Below, one piece after another: positions 38,196 through 47,228 of a stretch of DNA of 64,000 bases. Location: NCBI GenBank assembly GCA_964391915.1, contig CAYMNV010000002.1:52531-116530 (forward strand), in the 5' to 3' direction. This DNA is from an uncultured Oscillospiraceae bacterium. Lineage in GTDB: Bacteria; Bacillota; Clostridia; Oscillospirales; Ruminococcaceae. The position numbers were made by a program, and so were the translations under genes. The notes beneath the pieces are model-generated. The model did not search any database. It was not told where the DNA came from and saw only the letters and a list, made by a program, of their open reading frames with translations. Position 1 is the first letter of the stretch, and every line of letters begins with the position of its first letter.

Positions 38196-39191
38196 TTGGC
38201 GGGACAGACAAAGGAGAAGCTTCTTTATATCCTTGACATTCTCAAAAAGACCGATGAGCAGCATCCGGTCAATACGGTGGAGATTCTGAAGATCCTGGAG
38301 GACAGGGGTCTTGTCGCCGAGCGCAAATCCATCGCGCGGGACATTGCGGTTCTCAGGGAGACCGGCTATTCGATCATCTCCTGCGACGAGCTGAAAAAAG
38401 GCTTTTACATGACCGATCAGCTCTTTGAGGATTATGAGCTTAAAATGCTGGCGGATGCGATCTCCGGAGCAAAATTCCTCACGGAGGAGGATACGGAGAA
38501 TCTCCTTAATAAGCTGGCCCAGCTTGCGACGCCGACCGGCGAGGAGATCCTGAGGGAGCAGACCGTCATCGACCCGGCGATCAAAACCGACAACCGGACG
38601 GTGCGGTATAATATCGATAAGATCATCACCGCGATCAAGCAGCGCCGCCGTATCCTGTTTCGGTATTTTGAGAGGGCGGAGGACGGAAGCCTCAAATTCA
38701 AAAGGAGCGGCCATGTTTACGAAATTTCCCCGTATTATCTGGTCTGGTCGGAGGATGAGTATTATCTGATCGGCAACAGCAAGAGCCACGACCATCTGAC
38801 GCATTTTCATGCGGACATGATCACCAACGCCGAGATCAGTGATCTGTCGGTTCGGCCGTGCTCGGAGATCGAGGAATTCCGCGGCGATTTTTCCATCTGC
38901 GACTATCTGCGGCGGAACGTCAACATGTTTACCGGGCCGGATACGGAGATCGAAATGCTTGTCAGTCCTGCCATCGTCAAGGACGTCGTCAAGCGCTTCG
39001 GAAACGAGCTGCGTTTTGAGGCCATGCCCGACGGGAGATCCCGGGTATCCGTCCGCGCCGCGGAGGGCGAGGGTACGCTTCGCTGGCTCTGCGGGTTCGG
39101 CGTGGACGAGCTCAAGGTCGTCGGTCCGGAGAGCGTCCGTGCCGCGATGGCGCAGCGAGCCTCCGCGGCGGTGCGGGCTTATTCCGGATAG
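38196..39191 (+). CDS. WYL-domain transcriptional regulator (wHTH-WYL-C-terminal extension)
   Basis: TTG start after AAAGGGGAGGA. N-terminal wHTH (VNTVEILKILEDRGLVAERKSIARDIAVL) and WYL core (ISPYYLVWSEDEYYLIGNSKSHDHLTHFHADMI). Confidence 0.8.
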   Translation: MAGQTKEKLLYILDILKKTDEQHPVNTVEILKILEDRGLVAERKSIARDIAVLRETGYSIISCDELKKGFYMTDQLFEDYELKMLADAISGAKFLTEEDTENLLNKLAQLATPTGEEILREQTVIDPAIKTDNRTVRYNIDKIITAIKQRRRILFRYFERAEDGSLKFKRSGHVYEISPYYLVWSEDEYYLIGNSKSHDHLTHFHADMITNAEISDLSVRPCSEIEEFRGDFSICDYLRRNVNMFTGPDTEIEMLVSPAIVKDVVKRFGNELRFEAMPDGRSRVSVRAAEGEGTLRWLCGFGVDELKVVGPESVRAAMAQRASAAVRAYSG

Positions 39192-39233
39192 GCCGGTTCC
39201 GGCTCCGCTTTCCCGGATAAGATGATTCAAAAA

Positions 39234-39278
39234 TACCCGCCTGCCTCCGGCCGGAGACAAGCGGGTAACTTCTTTTTT
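39234..39278. terminator. Bidirectional terminator between the WYL gene and mazF
   Basis: TACCCGC...CTCCGGCCGGAG...GCGGGTA with T-runs on both strands. Confidence 0.75.
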
Positions 39279-39316
39279 CAGGTCCATGCATTTCCACGAG
39301 CGCGCGTCACTACGGG

Positions 39317-39679
39317 TTATGTAGTGACCGCGCTGTCCGCAAGGCCGAAACTGATCGACAGGGCTTCGTCAATTTTCTCCATCGCGCCATCGTCCAGACG
39401 ACCCATCTTTTCTTTCAGCCGCTGCTTGTCGATCGTGCGGATCTGTTCAAGCAGGACGATCGAATCCTTGGCCAGGCCGCAGTCTTTCGGCTCAACTTCG
39501 ATATGCGTCGGAAGTTTCGTCTTTTCTTTCTGGCTGGTGATCGCCGCGGCGATAACGGTGGGGCTATATTTGTTGCCGACGTCGTTCTGCACAATGAGAA
39601 CCGGACGGATGCCACCCTGTTCCGATCCGACCACCGGGCTCAGGTCGGCGTAAAAAATGTCTCCCCGTTTAACAGTCAC
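39317..39679 (-). CDS. mazF: MazF/PemK-family endoribonuclease toxin (EndoA/NdoA-like)
   Basis: GTG start after [60 protein letters not shown]...[13 protein letters not shown] is near-colinear with B. subtilis EndoA as I recall it. Confidence 0.9.
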   Translation of the reverse strand: MTVKRGDIFYADLSPVVGSEQGGIRPVLIVQNDVGNKYSPTVIAAAITSQKEKTKLPTHIEVEPKDCGLAKDSIVLLEQIRTIDKQRLKEKMGRLDDGAMEKIDEALSISFGLADSAVTT

Positions 39680-39857
39680 GATTCTATCCTTCCTTTCCCA
39701 TTTTTAGGGCAATCTTCCCTGCTCCTTGCAGGGATAGTATTGCCGCGCGGGGGAACGGATAATCACGTCGGCAGTGAAATTATCCGAAGAGCATTGCCCG
39801 CGCGCACAGAAAGCGGCCCATGCATGTACAGGCGGGGATCCTGTGCATCCCATCCTA

Positions 39858-39886
39858 TTGTCAAAACGGCGGCGCCGTGATAAAAT
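39858..39886 (+). promoter_or_regulatory. miaB promoter
   Basis: TTGTCA, 17-nt spacer, TGaTAAAAT (extended -10). Confidence 0.55.
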
Positions 39887-39915
39887 GTCAGTATTGTCCG
39901 AAAGGGGGGCCGCCC

Positions 39916-41289
39916 GTGACCGGAATGGAAGAATCCGCCGCAAAAGTGCGTGCGCTGCTCAATCAAAAGGGCGGCGCCCACCGGGCGTTTGTCCGCACAT
40001 ACGGCTGTCAGCAGAATTTCGCCGACGGCGAGAAGCTCGAGGGCATGCTGCTGGCGATGGGCTATTCCCTTGCAGACAAGATGGAGGACGCGGAGTTTGT
40101 GATCTTCAACACCTGCGCCATCCGGGAAAATGCGGAGCGCCGCGTGTTCGGCAACGTCGGCATCCTAAAAAAGGCGCACCGCGAAAACCCGGATATGATC
40201 ATCGCGGTCTGCGGCTGCATGGTGCAGCAGGAGCATATCGCGGAGAAATTCCGCCGCAGCTATCCGTTTGTGGATCTCGTATTCGGCACGCATGCCGCGG
40301 AACGGATGCCGGAGCTGGTTTATCGGTATCTGACGCAGAAAAAGCGCCTCTGCGACATCGGAGAAGGGGAGGGCTGCATGGCGGAATATCTGCCGGTTCA
40401 CCGGGACGATCCGCTGAAGGCCAACCTGCCGGTCATGCACGGCTGCGACAATTTCTGTTCCTACTGCGTCGTGCCGCTGGTGCGGGGCAGGGAAAAGAGC
40501 CGCGAGCCGGAGGATATCCTTGCCGAAGCACGGGCGATCGCCGCGGCCGGCTATAAAGAGATCACGCTGCTCGGCCAGAACGTCAATTCCTACGGAAAAG
40601 GGCTCGCGCATCCGATGAGCTTTGCCCAGCTTCTGCGCGAAGTGAGCGACATCGAGGGCGATTTCCGCATCCGTTTCATGACCTCCCACCCGAAGGACTG
40701 CACGAGGGAACTGCTCGAGACGATCGCGGACTGCAAAAAAGTCTGCCGCTCGATTCATCTGCCGGTGCAGAGCGGCTCCGACCGTATTCTGCGCGAGATG
40801 AACCGCCGCTATACGGCGGAGCACTATCTGGATCTGCTCCGGATGGTGCGGGAGATCGTGCCGGGCATCACGATCACGAGCGATCTGATCGTCGGATTTC
40901 CCGGCGAGACGGAGGAGGACTTCGCGGCCACTATGGCGCTCTGCAGAGAGGCGCGCTGGCTCATGACCTACAGCTTCATTTATTCAAAACGCGAGGGCAC
41001 CCGCGCGGCGGAAATGGAGGATCAGGTCCCGCCGGAGGTCTCTTCGCGGAGATTTCAGGAACTTTTGCAGCTTCAGACTTCCATCAGCCGGGAGATCAAT
41101 GCCTCCTACGTCGGAAAGACGGCGACGGTGCTCTTTGACGACGAGGCGGATGCCGGAGAAGGCTTCATCAGCGGCCGCAGCTCGGAAAATCTCGTGGTGC
41201 GGATTCCGCGGGAGGATGCGCCGGAGGGATTCGCGGAAGTATATTTAAAGGAGACGCTCGGATGGGCGCTCGAAGGCGAACGCATATAA
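39916..41289 (+). CDS. miaB: tRNA (N6-isopentenyl-A37) 2-methylthiotransferase
   Basis: Track ORF 39820..41289; start is GTG 39916 or ATG 39925, after GAAAGGGGGG. MTTase N-domain (TYGCQQNFADGE), radical SAM GCDNFCSYCVVP, and C-terminal TRAM-like region. Confidence 0.85.
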   Translation: MTGMEESAAKVRALLNQKGGAHRAFVRTYGCQQNFADGEKLEGMLLAMGYSLADKMEDAEFVIFNTCAIRENAERRVFGNVGILKKAHRENPDMIIAVCGCMVQQEHIAEKFRRSYPFVDLVFGTHAAERMPELVYRYLTQKKRLCDIGEGEGCMAEYLPVHRDDPLKANLPVMHGCDNFCSYCVVPLVRGREKSREPEDILAEARAIAAAGYKEITLLGQNVNSYGKGLAHPMSFAQLLREVSDIEGDFRIRFMTSHPKDCTRELLETIADCKKVCRSIHLPVQSGSDRILREMNRRYTAEHYLDLLRMVREIVPGITITSDLIVGFPGETEEDFAATMALCREARWLMTYSFIYSKREGTRAAEMEDQVPPEVSSRRFQELLQLQTSISREINASYVGKTATVLFDDEADAGEGFISGRSSENLVVRIPREDAPEGFAEVYLKETLGWALEGERI

Positions 41290-41326
41290 TAGGGAACAAA
41301 TGAGTTTTATACAGGAGGAAACACGA

Positions 41327-41755
41327 ATGGATATCATTGAAATGGCGCGGGAGCTCGGAAAGAAACTGCAGGAGGAGGAGACCTACCTCCACCTGAGGAC
41401 CGCGCAGCAGGCCGTCGAGGACGACATGTCGCTTCAGGACCGGATTTCGGAATTCAATCTGCAGCGCGCGGCGCTCGGCCAGGAGGCGGCAAAGGAAAAG
41501 CGCGATCAGGCAAAGATCGACGCGCTGGACAAAAAAGTCCGCGATCTGTATGAGGAGCTGATCCACGATGCGAAGCTCTCGGCCTACAACGACGCACAGG
41601 ACGAATTCAACGAGATCTTCGGCTTCGTTGTTCATATTTTGCAGATGTCCGCCTCCGGCAGCGATCCCATGACGGTTACGAGGGATACCATGGGCGGATG
41701 CGGCGGCGAGTGCGGCGAGTGCGGGGACTGCGGTTCCTGCGGAGGCTGCCACTGA
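41327..41755 (+). CDS. YlbF/YmcA-family protein with Cys-rich C-terminal tail
   Basis: ATG 41327 after AGGAGGA. Helical YlbF-like body, then GGCGGECGECGDCGSCGGCH (7 Cys in 20 aa). Confidence 0.7.
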   Translation: MDIIEMARELGKKLQEEETYLHLRTAQQAVEDDMSLQDRISEFNLQRAALGQEAAKEKRDQAKIDALDKKVRDLYEELIHDAKLSAYNDAQDEFNEIFGFVVHILQMSASGSDPMTVTRDTMGGCGGECGECGDCGSCGGCH

Positions 41756-42423
41756 TGGAGCGCGCGGAACTTGCCAAAAAGATCGATCATACGCTGCTTC
41801 GGCCGGACGCTACCCACGCCGATCTTCACGCGCTGTGTGAGGAGGCCAAAAAATACGGCGTCGCGTCGGTCTGTGTCAACTCCCTGAATGTCTGGTTCGT
41901 CCATAAGGAACTCAAGGGCACCGGAATCCGGACCTGCTCCGTAGTGGGTTTCCCGCTCGGCGCCATGGCCTCCGCCGCGAAGGCGTTTGAGGCCTCCTGT
42001 GCGATCGAGGACGGCGCGGAGGAGATCGACATGGTGATGGATATCGCCTCCGCCAAGGCCGGAAACTGGCGCAAGGTGAAGGAGGATATCGAGGATGTGC
42101 TCGACGCCTGCGAGGAGGGCGGCGGCGTGTTGCTCAAAGTGATCCTTGAGTGCTGCCTGCTCACCGACGAGGAGAAGCGGCAGGCCTGCCTGATTGCAAA
42201 AGAGGCGGGCGCCGATTTCGTCAAGACCTCGACCGGCTTCGCAAAGGGCGGGGCGACGGTGGAGGATATCCGGCTGCTGCGGGAGGCCGTGGGCCCCGAA
42301 ATGGGCGTCAAGGCTTCCGGAGGGATCCGGGATTTTGAGACCGCCTGCGCGATGATCGAAGCCGGCGCCAGCCGGATCGGCACCTCCTCCACGGCGAAGA
42401 TCCTCGGAGAAGACGAGGAGTAA
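41755..42423 (+). CDS. deoC: Deoxyribose-phosphate aldolase
   Basis: MERAELAKKIDHTLLRPDAT, VCVN, and Schiff-base region DFVKTSTGF. ATG overlaps the ylbF stop (TGATG). Confidence 0.9.
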   Translation: MERAELAKKIDHTLLRPDATHADLHALCEEAKKYGVASVCVNSLNVWFVHKELKGTGIRTCSVVGFPLGAMASAAKAFEASCAIEDGAEEIDMVMDIASAKAGNWRKVKEDIEDVLDACEEGGGVLLKVILECCLLTDEEKRQACLIAKEAGADFVKTSTGFAKGGATVEDIRLLREAVGPEMGVKASGGIRDFETACAMIEAGASRIGTSSTAKILGEDEE

Positions 42424-42445
42424 AAGGAAATCCCCCAAACGATAG

Positions 42446-42490
42446 AAAAAGCCGGAAGGCCCGATCGGGGCTCCCGGCTTTTTATTTTTA
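42446..42490 (+). terminator. Intrinsic terminator after deoC
   Basis: AAAAAGCCGGAAG...CTCCCGGCTTTTT followed by ATTTTT. Confidence 0.75.
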
Positions 42491-42649
42491 TGAGTGCCTT
42501 TCGTTCCATGAGGCTGTTTTTGATCCACCGATTTTTTGCTTGACGTTAAGAAGAAAATCGGTGCTTTTCATATGGAAGTCCCATGCTCATGCGGGATAAG
42601 CAGGCCGGCCGCAGCGGCTCTTCGGCAGGAAAATGGAAACGGCGGGCGA

Positions 42650-42683
42650 AAAAAAGAGGCACCGGAACTTCCGGTGCCTCTTT
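42650..42683 (-). terminator. Intrinsic terminator of hppA
   Basis: AGAGGCACCGGA-actt-CCGGTGCCTCT, with a T-run on minus (A7 at 42650-56). Confidence 0.85.
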
Positions 42684-42704
42684 GATGGCTTAAAACGGAT
42701 TTGC

Positions 42705-44741
42705 TTACAGGAAAAGCGGAACGAAAACGAGGGCGACGATCGTCATCAGCTTGATGAGGATGTTCATGGACGGGCCGGAGGTATCCTTGAAAGGATCGCC
42801 GACCGTGTCGCCGACCACGGCGGCCTTGTGGGACTCGGAGCCCTTTCCGCCGAAGTTGCCGTTTTCAATATACTTCTTCGCGTTGTCCCAGGCGCCGCCG
42901 GCGTTGGACATCGTGATGGCCATCAGCACGCCGGTGACCAGCGCGCCGCCAAGCAGGCCGCCGAGGGCTTCCGGCCCAAGGATCAGGCCGCAGGCGATCG
43001 GGCTGACGATCGCGAGGATGCCCGGAAGGAGCATCTCTTTGATCGCGGAGCGGGTGGAGATATCCACGCATTTCGCGTAATCCGGCTTGGAGGTTCCGGC
43101 AAGGATGCCGGCGTCGGCATGGAACTGACGGCGGACTTCCTCGATCATCTCATTCGCGGCTTTGCCCACGGAATTCATGGTGATCGCGCCGAAGAGCATC
43201 GGCAGCATACCGCCGATGAAGAGGCCGGCGACGACCATCGGATCAAGCAGGTCGATCGAGGTAAGGCCGGCGACGGTGGAGTAGGAGACAAACAGGGCGA
43301 GGGCGGTCAGAGCGGCGGAGCCGATGGCGAAGCCCTTGCCGACGGCCGCGGTGGTGTTGCCCACGGAGTCGAGGGTATCGGTGATGTCGCGGACGCTTTC
43401 CGGCAGGTCGGACATTTCGGCGATGCCGCCGGCGTTGTCGGAGATCGGGCCGTAGGCGTCGACGGCGACGACGGTACCGGTGGTGGAGAGCATGCCGACC
43501 GCGGCGATTGCGATGCCGTAGAGGCCGAAGCTCATGTAGGAGAGAATGATGCCCACGGCGATCAGCAGGATCGGGAAGACGGTGGAGTTAAGACCGGATG
43601 CGTAGCCGCTGATGATAACAGTGGCGGCGCCGGTTTCACTCTGGCGGGCAATTTCCTTGACCGGCTTGTAGTCCGCGGAAGTATAGATCTCCGTCAGGGC
43701 TCCGATCGCAACGCCGATGACCAGACCGACCACAACCGCCACAAAGGCGCCGAGGCCGTTGAACATATAGCGGGAAAGGAAGAATGAGGCGACGATCACG
43801 ATTCCGCTGGAGATGTAAGTACCCAAATTCAGCTGTTTGGCAGGATTCTGGCCCTCTTTGCCGCCGACCATGAAGGCGGCGATCACGGAGGCGCAGATGC
43901 CGATTGCGGCAAGAAGCAGCGGGAACAGGGAACCTTCGATGGGCGGAAGCTCAACATCGCCGAAGAAGTGGGAAGTGACGCTCGGAATCGTCACCGCAAG
44001 CGTGATAGCGGAGACGATGGCGCCAACGTAGGATTCAAACAGGTCGGAGCCCATGCCGGCGACGTCGCCGACGTTATCGCCGACGTTATCCGCGATGACG
44101 GCAGGGTTGCGGGGGTCGTCCTCAGGAATGCCGGCTTCCACCTTGCCGACGAGGTCGGCGCCGACGTCGGCCGCTTTGGTATAGATACCGCCGCCGACAC
44201 GCCCAAACAGAGCCATGGAGGAGGCACCGAGCGAGTAGCCGGTGACGATCTCGGAGATCAGCACGGCGTTTGCTTCCGTAACGCCGATCGTGGCATCAAA
44301 CAGGCAGAAGAGAGCGGAAATTCCAAGAAGGCCGAGGCCAACGACGCAGAGGCCCATGACTGCTCCGCCGCGGAACGCGACTTTCAGAGCAGCAGCCATG
44401 CCCTTGGTGCGGGCTTTGTTGGTGGTGCGGACGTTGGCGAGGGTGGCCGTTCTCATGCCGATGTATCCGGCAAGAACGGAGAACGAGGCACCGAGCACAA
44501 ATGCGCCGGCGGCAAGCCAACTGATCGCAAATCCAAGGACCACGACCATAATGGCGCCGAAGATGATGATGGTCTTATACTCGCGTTTCAGGAACGCCAT
44601 CGCGCCCACGCGGATATAGCCGGAAATCTCTTTCATCCGGTCGGTGCCTTCTTCCTGCTTGCCGATCCATGCCTTGAACGCAAACGCGACCACAAGGGCG
44701 AGGATCGCCGCAAACGGGACTGCATAGAATAAACTTTCCAT
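42705..44741 (-). CDS. hppA: Membrane-bound ion-translocating pyrophosphatase (K+-dependent type)
   Basis: 678-aa, ~16-TM ORF. Blocks [28 protein letters not shown] and [10 protein letters not shown] (Ala at the K+-dependence position). Confidence 0.9.
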   Translation of the reverse strand: MESLFYAVPFAAILALVVAFAFKAWIGKQEEGTDRMKEISGYIRVGAMAFLKREYKTIIIFGAIMVVVLGFAISWLAAGAFVLGASFSVLAGYIGMRTATLANVRTTNKARTKGMAAALKVAFRGGAVMGLCVVGLGLLGISALFCLFDATIGVTEANAVLISEIVTGYSLGASSMALFGRVGGGIYTKAADVGADLVGKVEAGIPEDDPRNPAVIADNVGDNVGDVAGMGSDLFESYVGAIVSAITLAVTIPSVTSHFFGDVELPPIEGSLFPLLLAAIGICASVIAAFMVGGKEGQNPAKQLNLGTYISSGIVIVASFFLSRYMFNGLGAFVAVVVGLVIGVAIGALTEIYTSADYKPVKEIARQSETGAATVIISGYASGLNSTVFPILLIAVGIILSYMSFGLYGIAIAAVGMLSTTGTVVAVDAYGPISDNAGGIAEMSDLPESVRDITDTLDSVGNTTAAVGKGFAIGSAALTALALFVSYSTVAGLTSIDLLDPMVVAGLFIGGMLPMLFGAITMNSVGKAANEMIEEVRRQFHADAGILAGTSKPDYAKCVDISTRSAIKEMLLPGILAIVSPIACGLILGPEALGGLLGGALVTGVLMAITMSNAGGAWDNAKKYIENGNFGGKGSESHKAAVVGDTVGDPFKDTSGPSMNILIKLMTIVALVFVPLFL

Positions 44742-44805
44742 GTTTGTTCACTCCTGTTTGTGAATTTTCTTTGGGGACAAGCCCCGTGTTGAATAGCAAC
44801 AACTT

Positions 44806-44834
44806 ATTATATAGAATCCGGCGAAAACAGTCAA
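44806..44834 (-). promoter_or_regulatory. hppA promoter
   Basis: On minus: TTGACT, exact 17-nt spacer, TATAAT. Confidence 0.65.
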
Positions 44835-44884
44835 TAAAAAACGACAAAGAAAAGCTAAAATTTAGTAAAAAAGTTTTTTAAATT

Positions 44885-44917
44885 ATAAAAAGCACCGGAG
44901 ATGGAAATCACGGTGCT
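44885..44917 (-). terminator. Intrinsic terminator of spoIIR
   Basis: AGCACCG-n13-CGGTGCT followed by TTTTAT on minus. Confidence 0.7.
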
Positions 44918-44937
44918 AATGGCATTTTTTTCCGTGC

Positions 44938-45570
44938 TCACGGATCGGAGATAACTTTTTTGATGCGTTCGTAGAGCTCCACGACGGCGAAGCGGATCTC
45001 GTATTTGGAACCGGTAACAAACGCCTCGTCCTCTCCGTAGGCCTCCGCCGCATCCGTCGCGGAGGAAACGCAGAGCGGGGGATACATGACACACCACCAG
45101 TTGGCGCCCTCGCCGGCGCCGATCACGATGCGCACGGTGTCGTATTCCCCGGCAGGCAGGGTGAAGCCGTCGTAGCTGCGGGTCTCAAACCAATCCTTGG
45201 ACAGGGAGACGGTCACGTCGTACTCCGTGCCCTCTTCGGCGATCACGTCCTCGGCCAGCGCCTGAATCTCATTCAGGCTGATCTTGGTCAGGGCGACGGC
45301 GTCGGATTTGCCGGTTACCTCCGCGAAGAGCTCACCGGTTTCGTCTAAAATACGGTCCCGGACCTTCAGCTTCAGTGCCTGGTCCTCCTCGCTGTCCGAA
45401 TTTGCAATAATATGAAGACGCAGCGTCTCGTCGCGTACCTCGCTGCTTTGCGCGATCGCGCGTTTGGCGTAGCTGTTTATTGCCGTAATCATCAGCCCCG
45501 CAAGGACGACAAGCTCAAAGCCGCGCAGCCTGCCGCTCTGGTGAAATGTTCTAAAATTGCTTAACTGCAA
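44938..45570 (-). CDS. spoIIR: Stage II sporulation protein R
   Basis: N-terminal anchor, then LRLHIIANSDSEEDQALKLKVRDRIL, the hallmark SpoIIR block. Confidence 0.85.
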   Translation of the reverse strand: MQLSNFRTFHQSGRLRGFELVVLAGLMITAINSYAKRAIAQSSEVRDETLRLHIIANSDSEEDQALKLKVRDRILDETGELFAEVTGKSDAVALTKISLNEIQALAEDVIAEEGTEYDVTVSLSKDWFETRSYDGFTLPAGEYDTVRIVIGAGEGANWWCVMYPPLCVSSATDAAEAYGEDEAFVTGSKYEIRFAVVELYERIKKVISDP

Positions 45571-45630
45571 GGAAAAAGCCGCCTTTCCTTTTTTCTGGAG
45601 TATGGGCGGCTTTTCTGAAAGATATTCATT

Positions 45631-46119
45631 TTACAGGCTAATGTACGTGACAGGGTTGCCGTTTGCCGTGACAAAGCGGACCAGATCTTCAAAGGAGAGC
45701 CAAACCATGCCGGAGTTGTCGTTCGGGTGAACGCCGACGCAGGGGCAGCCAAGAAAATCCCGGTCGAAAACGACTTCCACATCCGCATTGGTGTTGTAAA
45801 GGACGCCGAGCGGGGAGACGCTGCCTTTCGAAAGTCCCAGGTGGCTTTCAAGCCGTTCCGCCGAACCGAAGCTGAGCCGCGTGGAGCCGATCTTTTCCTT
45901 CAGGGCGTCGAGGTCGACCTTTTTGTCGCCATGGACGAACACCAGAAAATGCCGGTGTCCCTTCGCGTCCCGCAAAAACAGGTTCTTTCCGATCACGCCC
46001 TTCGGATCGAGGCCGATTTCGGCGAGTTCCTCCATGGTTTCCGCCGGTCGGCAGCGTACAAGTTCGTACGGAATGTGCAGCTCCTCCAGCCGACGCACGG
46101 CGTCTTCGATTTTATCCAA
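45631..46119 (-). CDS. YbaK/ProX-type aminoacyl-tRNA deacylase domain protein
   Basis: 162 aa. KNLFLRDAKGHRHFLV and LGLSKGSVSPLG blocks are typical of the prolyl-tRNA-synthetase-associated editing domain. Confidence 0.7.
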   Translation of the reverse strand: MDKIEDAVRRLEELHIPYELVRCRPAETMEELAEIGLDPKGVIGKNLFLRDAKGHRHFLVFVHGDKKVDLDALKEKIGSTRLSFGSAERLESHLGLSKGSVSPLGVLYNTNADVEVVFDRDFLGCPCVGVHPNDNSGMVWLSFEDLVRFVTANGNPVTYISL

Positions 46120-47026
46120 CGATCTCCACGCCCTTTCTCACAGGACCGGTCAGAAAGACTTCGCGGTATTTTTCCGCAAGCGCCCGGAACGCGGATTTTG
46201 CTTTTTCTTCATCGTCGAAGATGCCGAATACCGCGGTTCCGCTGCCGGTCATGGAGGCACCCAGAGCGCCGCTTTCCAAAAGGATTTGTTTGATGGCGGA
46301 AACCGGTTCCTGCGGCGCGGCAGATTCGAGCACGTTGCAAAGGCGCGAGGCAATGCCTTCGATGCTCCCGGCCGAGACGGCGGCGAGCATGCCCTCGCTG
46401 TCCGGATGGGCGGAAGAGGGGAGGGCCAGTGAATCGTAGCGCCGGTAACTATCGGCGGTGGACATGCCGGCCCCGGGCTTCGCGATTACGAAAAAGCAGC
46501 CCGGAATCGGGGGGAGCGGAGTCAGAAATTCGCCTGTGCCTTCCGCGAGCATCGTGGAGCCGCAGAGGCAGAACGGCACGTCCGCGCCGATCTCAAGACC
46601 GAGCCCGCGTAGCTCTTTTTCGGAGAGCGGCCCGCCGAAGAGATGGTTCAGCCCGGTCAGCACGGCGGCGGCATCCGCACTGCCTCCCGCCATGCCCGCG
46701 GAGACCGGGATCTGCTTTTCAATCCGGATCTCAAGCCCGGAATTCGTCAGCCCCGTTTCGCGGAAAAACGCCTCCGCCGAAAGGAAAGCCGTGTTGCGCG
46801 CGGGCTCGGCCGCACATTCCGGGCAGACGATGCGGATTCCGCCCCCGTCATCCGGAGTGAGAACGATCCGGTCAACGAGGCCGACGGACTGCATGACCAT
46901 GCGCAGAAGGTGATACCCATCCGCGCGTTTTCCGGTAATATCCAGCGTCAGGTTCACCTTGGCGAAGGCCTTCAGTTCGCAGGATTTGCACAGGGGCAGT
47001 TCCATGGTGCGGCGCTCCTTTCCCAA
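46112..47026 (-). CDS. ispE: 4-diphosphocytidyl-2-C-methyl-D-erythritol kinase
   Basis: AKVNLTLDITGKRADGYHLL and GHMP loop IPVSAGMAGGSADAAAV. An alternative start at 47005 (MELPLCK) is possible. Confidence 0.9.
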   Translation of the reverse strand: MGKERRTMELPLCKSCELKAFAKVNLTLDITGKRADGYHLLRMVMQSVGLVDRIVLTPDDGGGIRIVCPECAAEPARNTAFLSAEAFFRETGLTNSGLEIRIEKQIPVSAGMAGGSADAAAVLTGLNHLFGGPLSEKELRGLGLEIGADVPFCLCGSTMLAEGTGEFLTPLPPIPGCFFVIAKPGAGMSTADSYRRYDSLALPSSAHPDSEGMLAAVSAGSIEGIASRLCNVLESAAPQEPVSAIKQILLESGALGASMTGSGTAVFGIFDDEEKAKSAFRALAEKYREVFLTGPVRKGVEIVG

Positions 47027-47228
47027 AAATGAAGAAAAATCCCAGCATAAAATTCAATACGTTTGTCCCGTTCCGGGCGGCGGCCCATCAATCGGCCGGT
47101 ACATAACGCAATCCCCGTTTGGCAATTCGAAAAAAAGGTGGGCGCATCCGGAGATCCGCCCACCTTTCATAATAGAAAAGATTCCCTGTGGGCGCCCTTC
47201 GCAGAAATCCGCGGTTTTGCCCGGACGG

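Noticed and set aside
39704-39943. 79-aa minus-strand ORF as the MazF antitoxin.
   Set aside because: No RHH/AbrB/MazE-like sequence and no RBS. It overlaps the miaB promoter and start codon, and its composition looks non-coding. It is kept only as a possibility inside the orphan-toxin finding.
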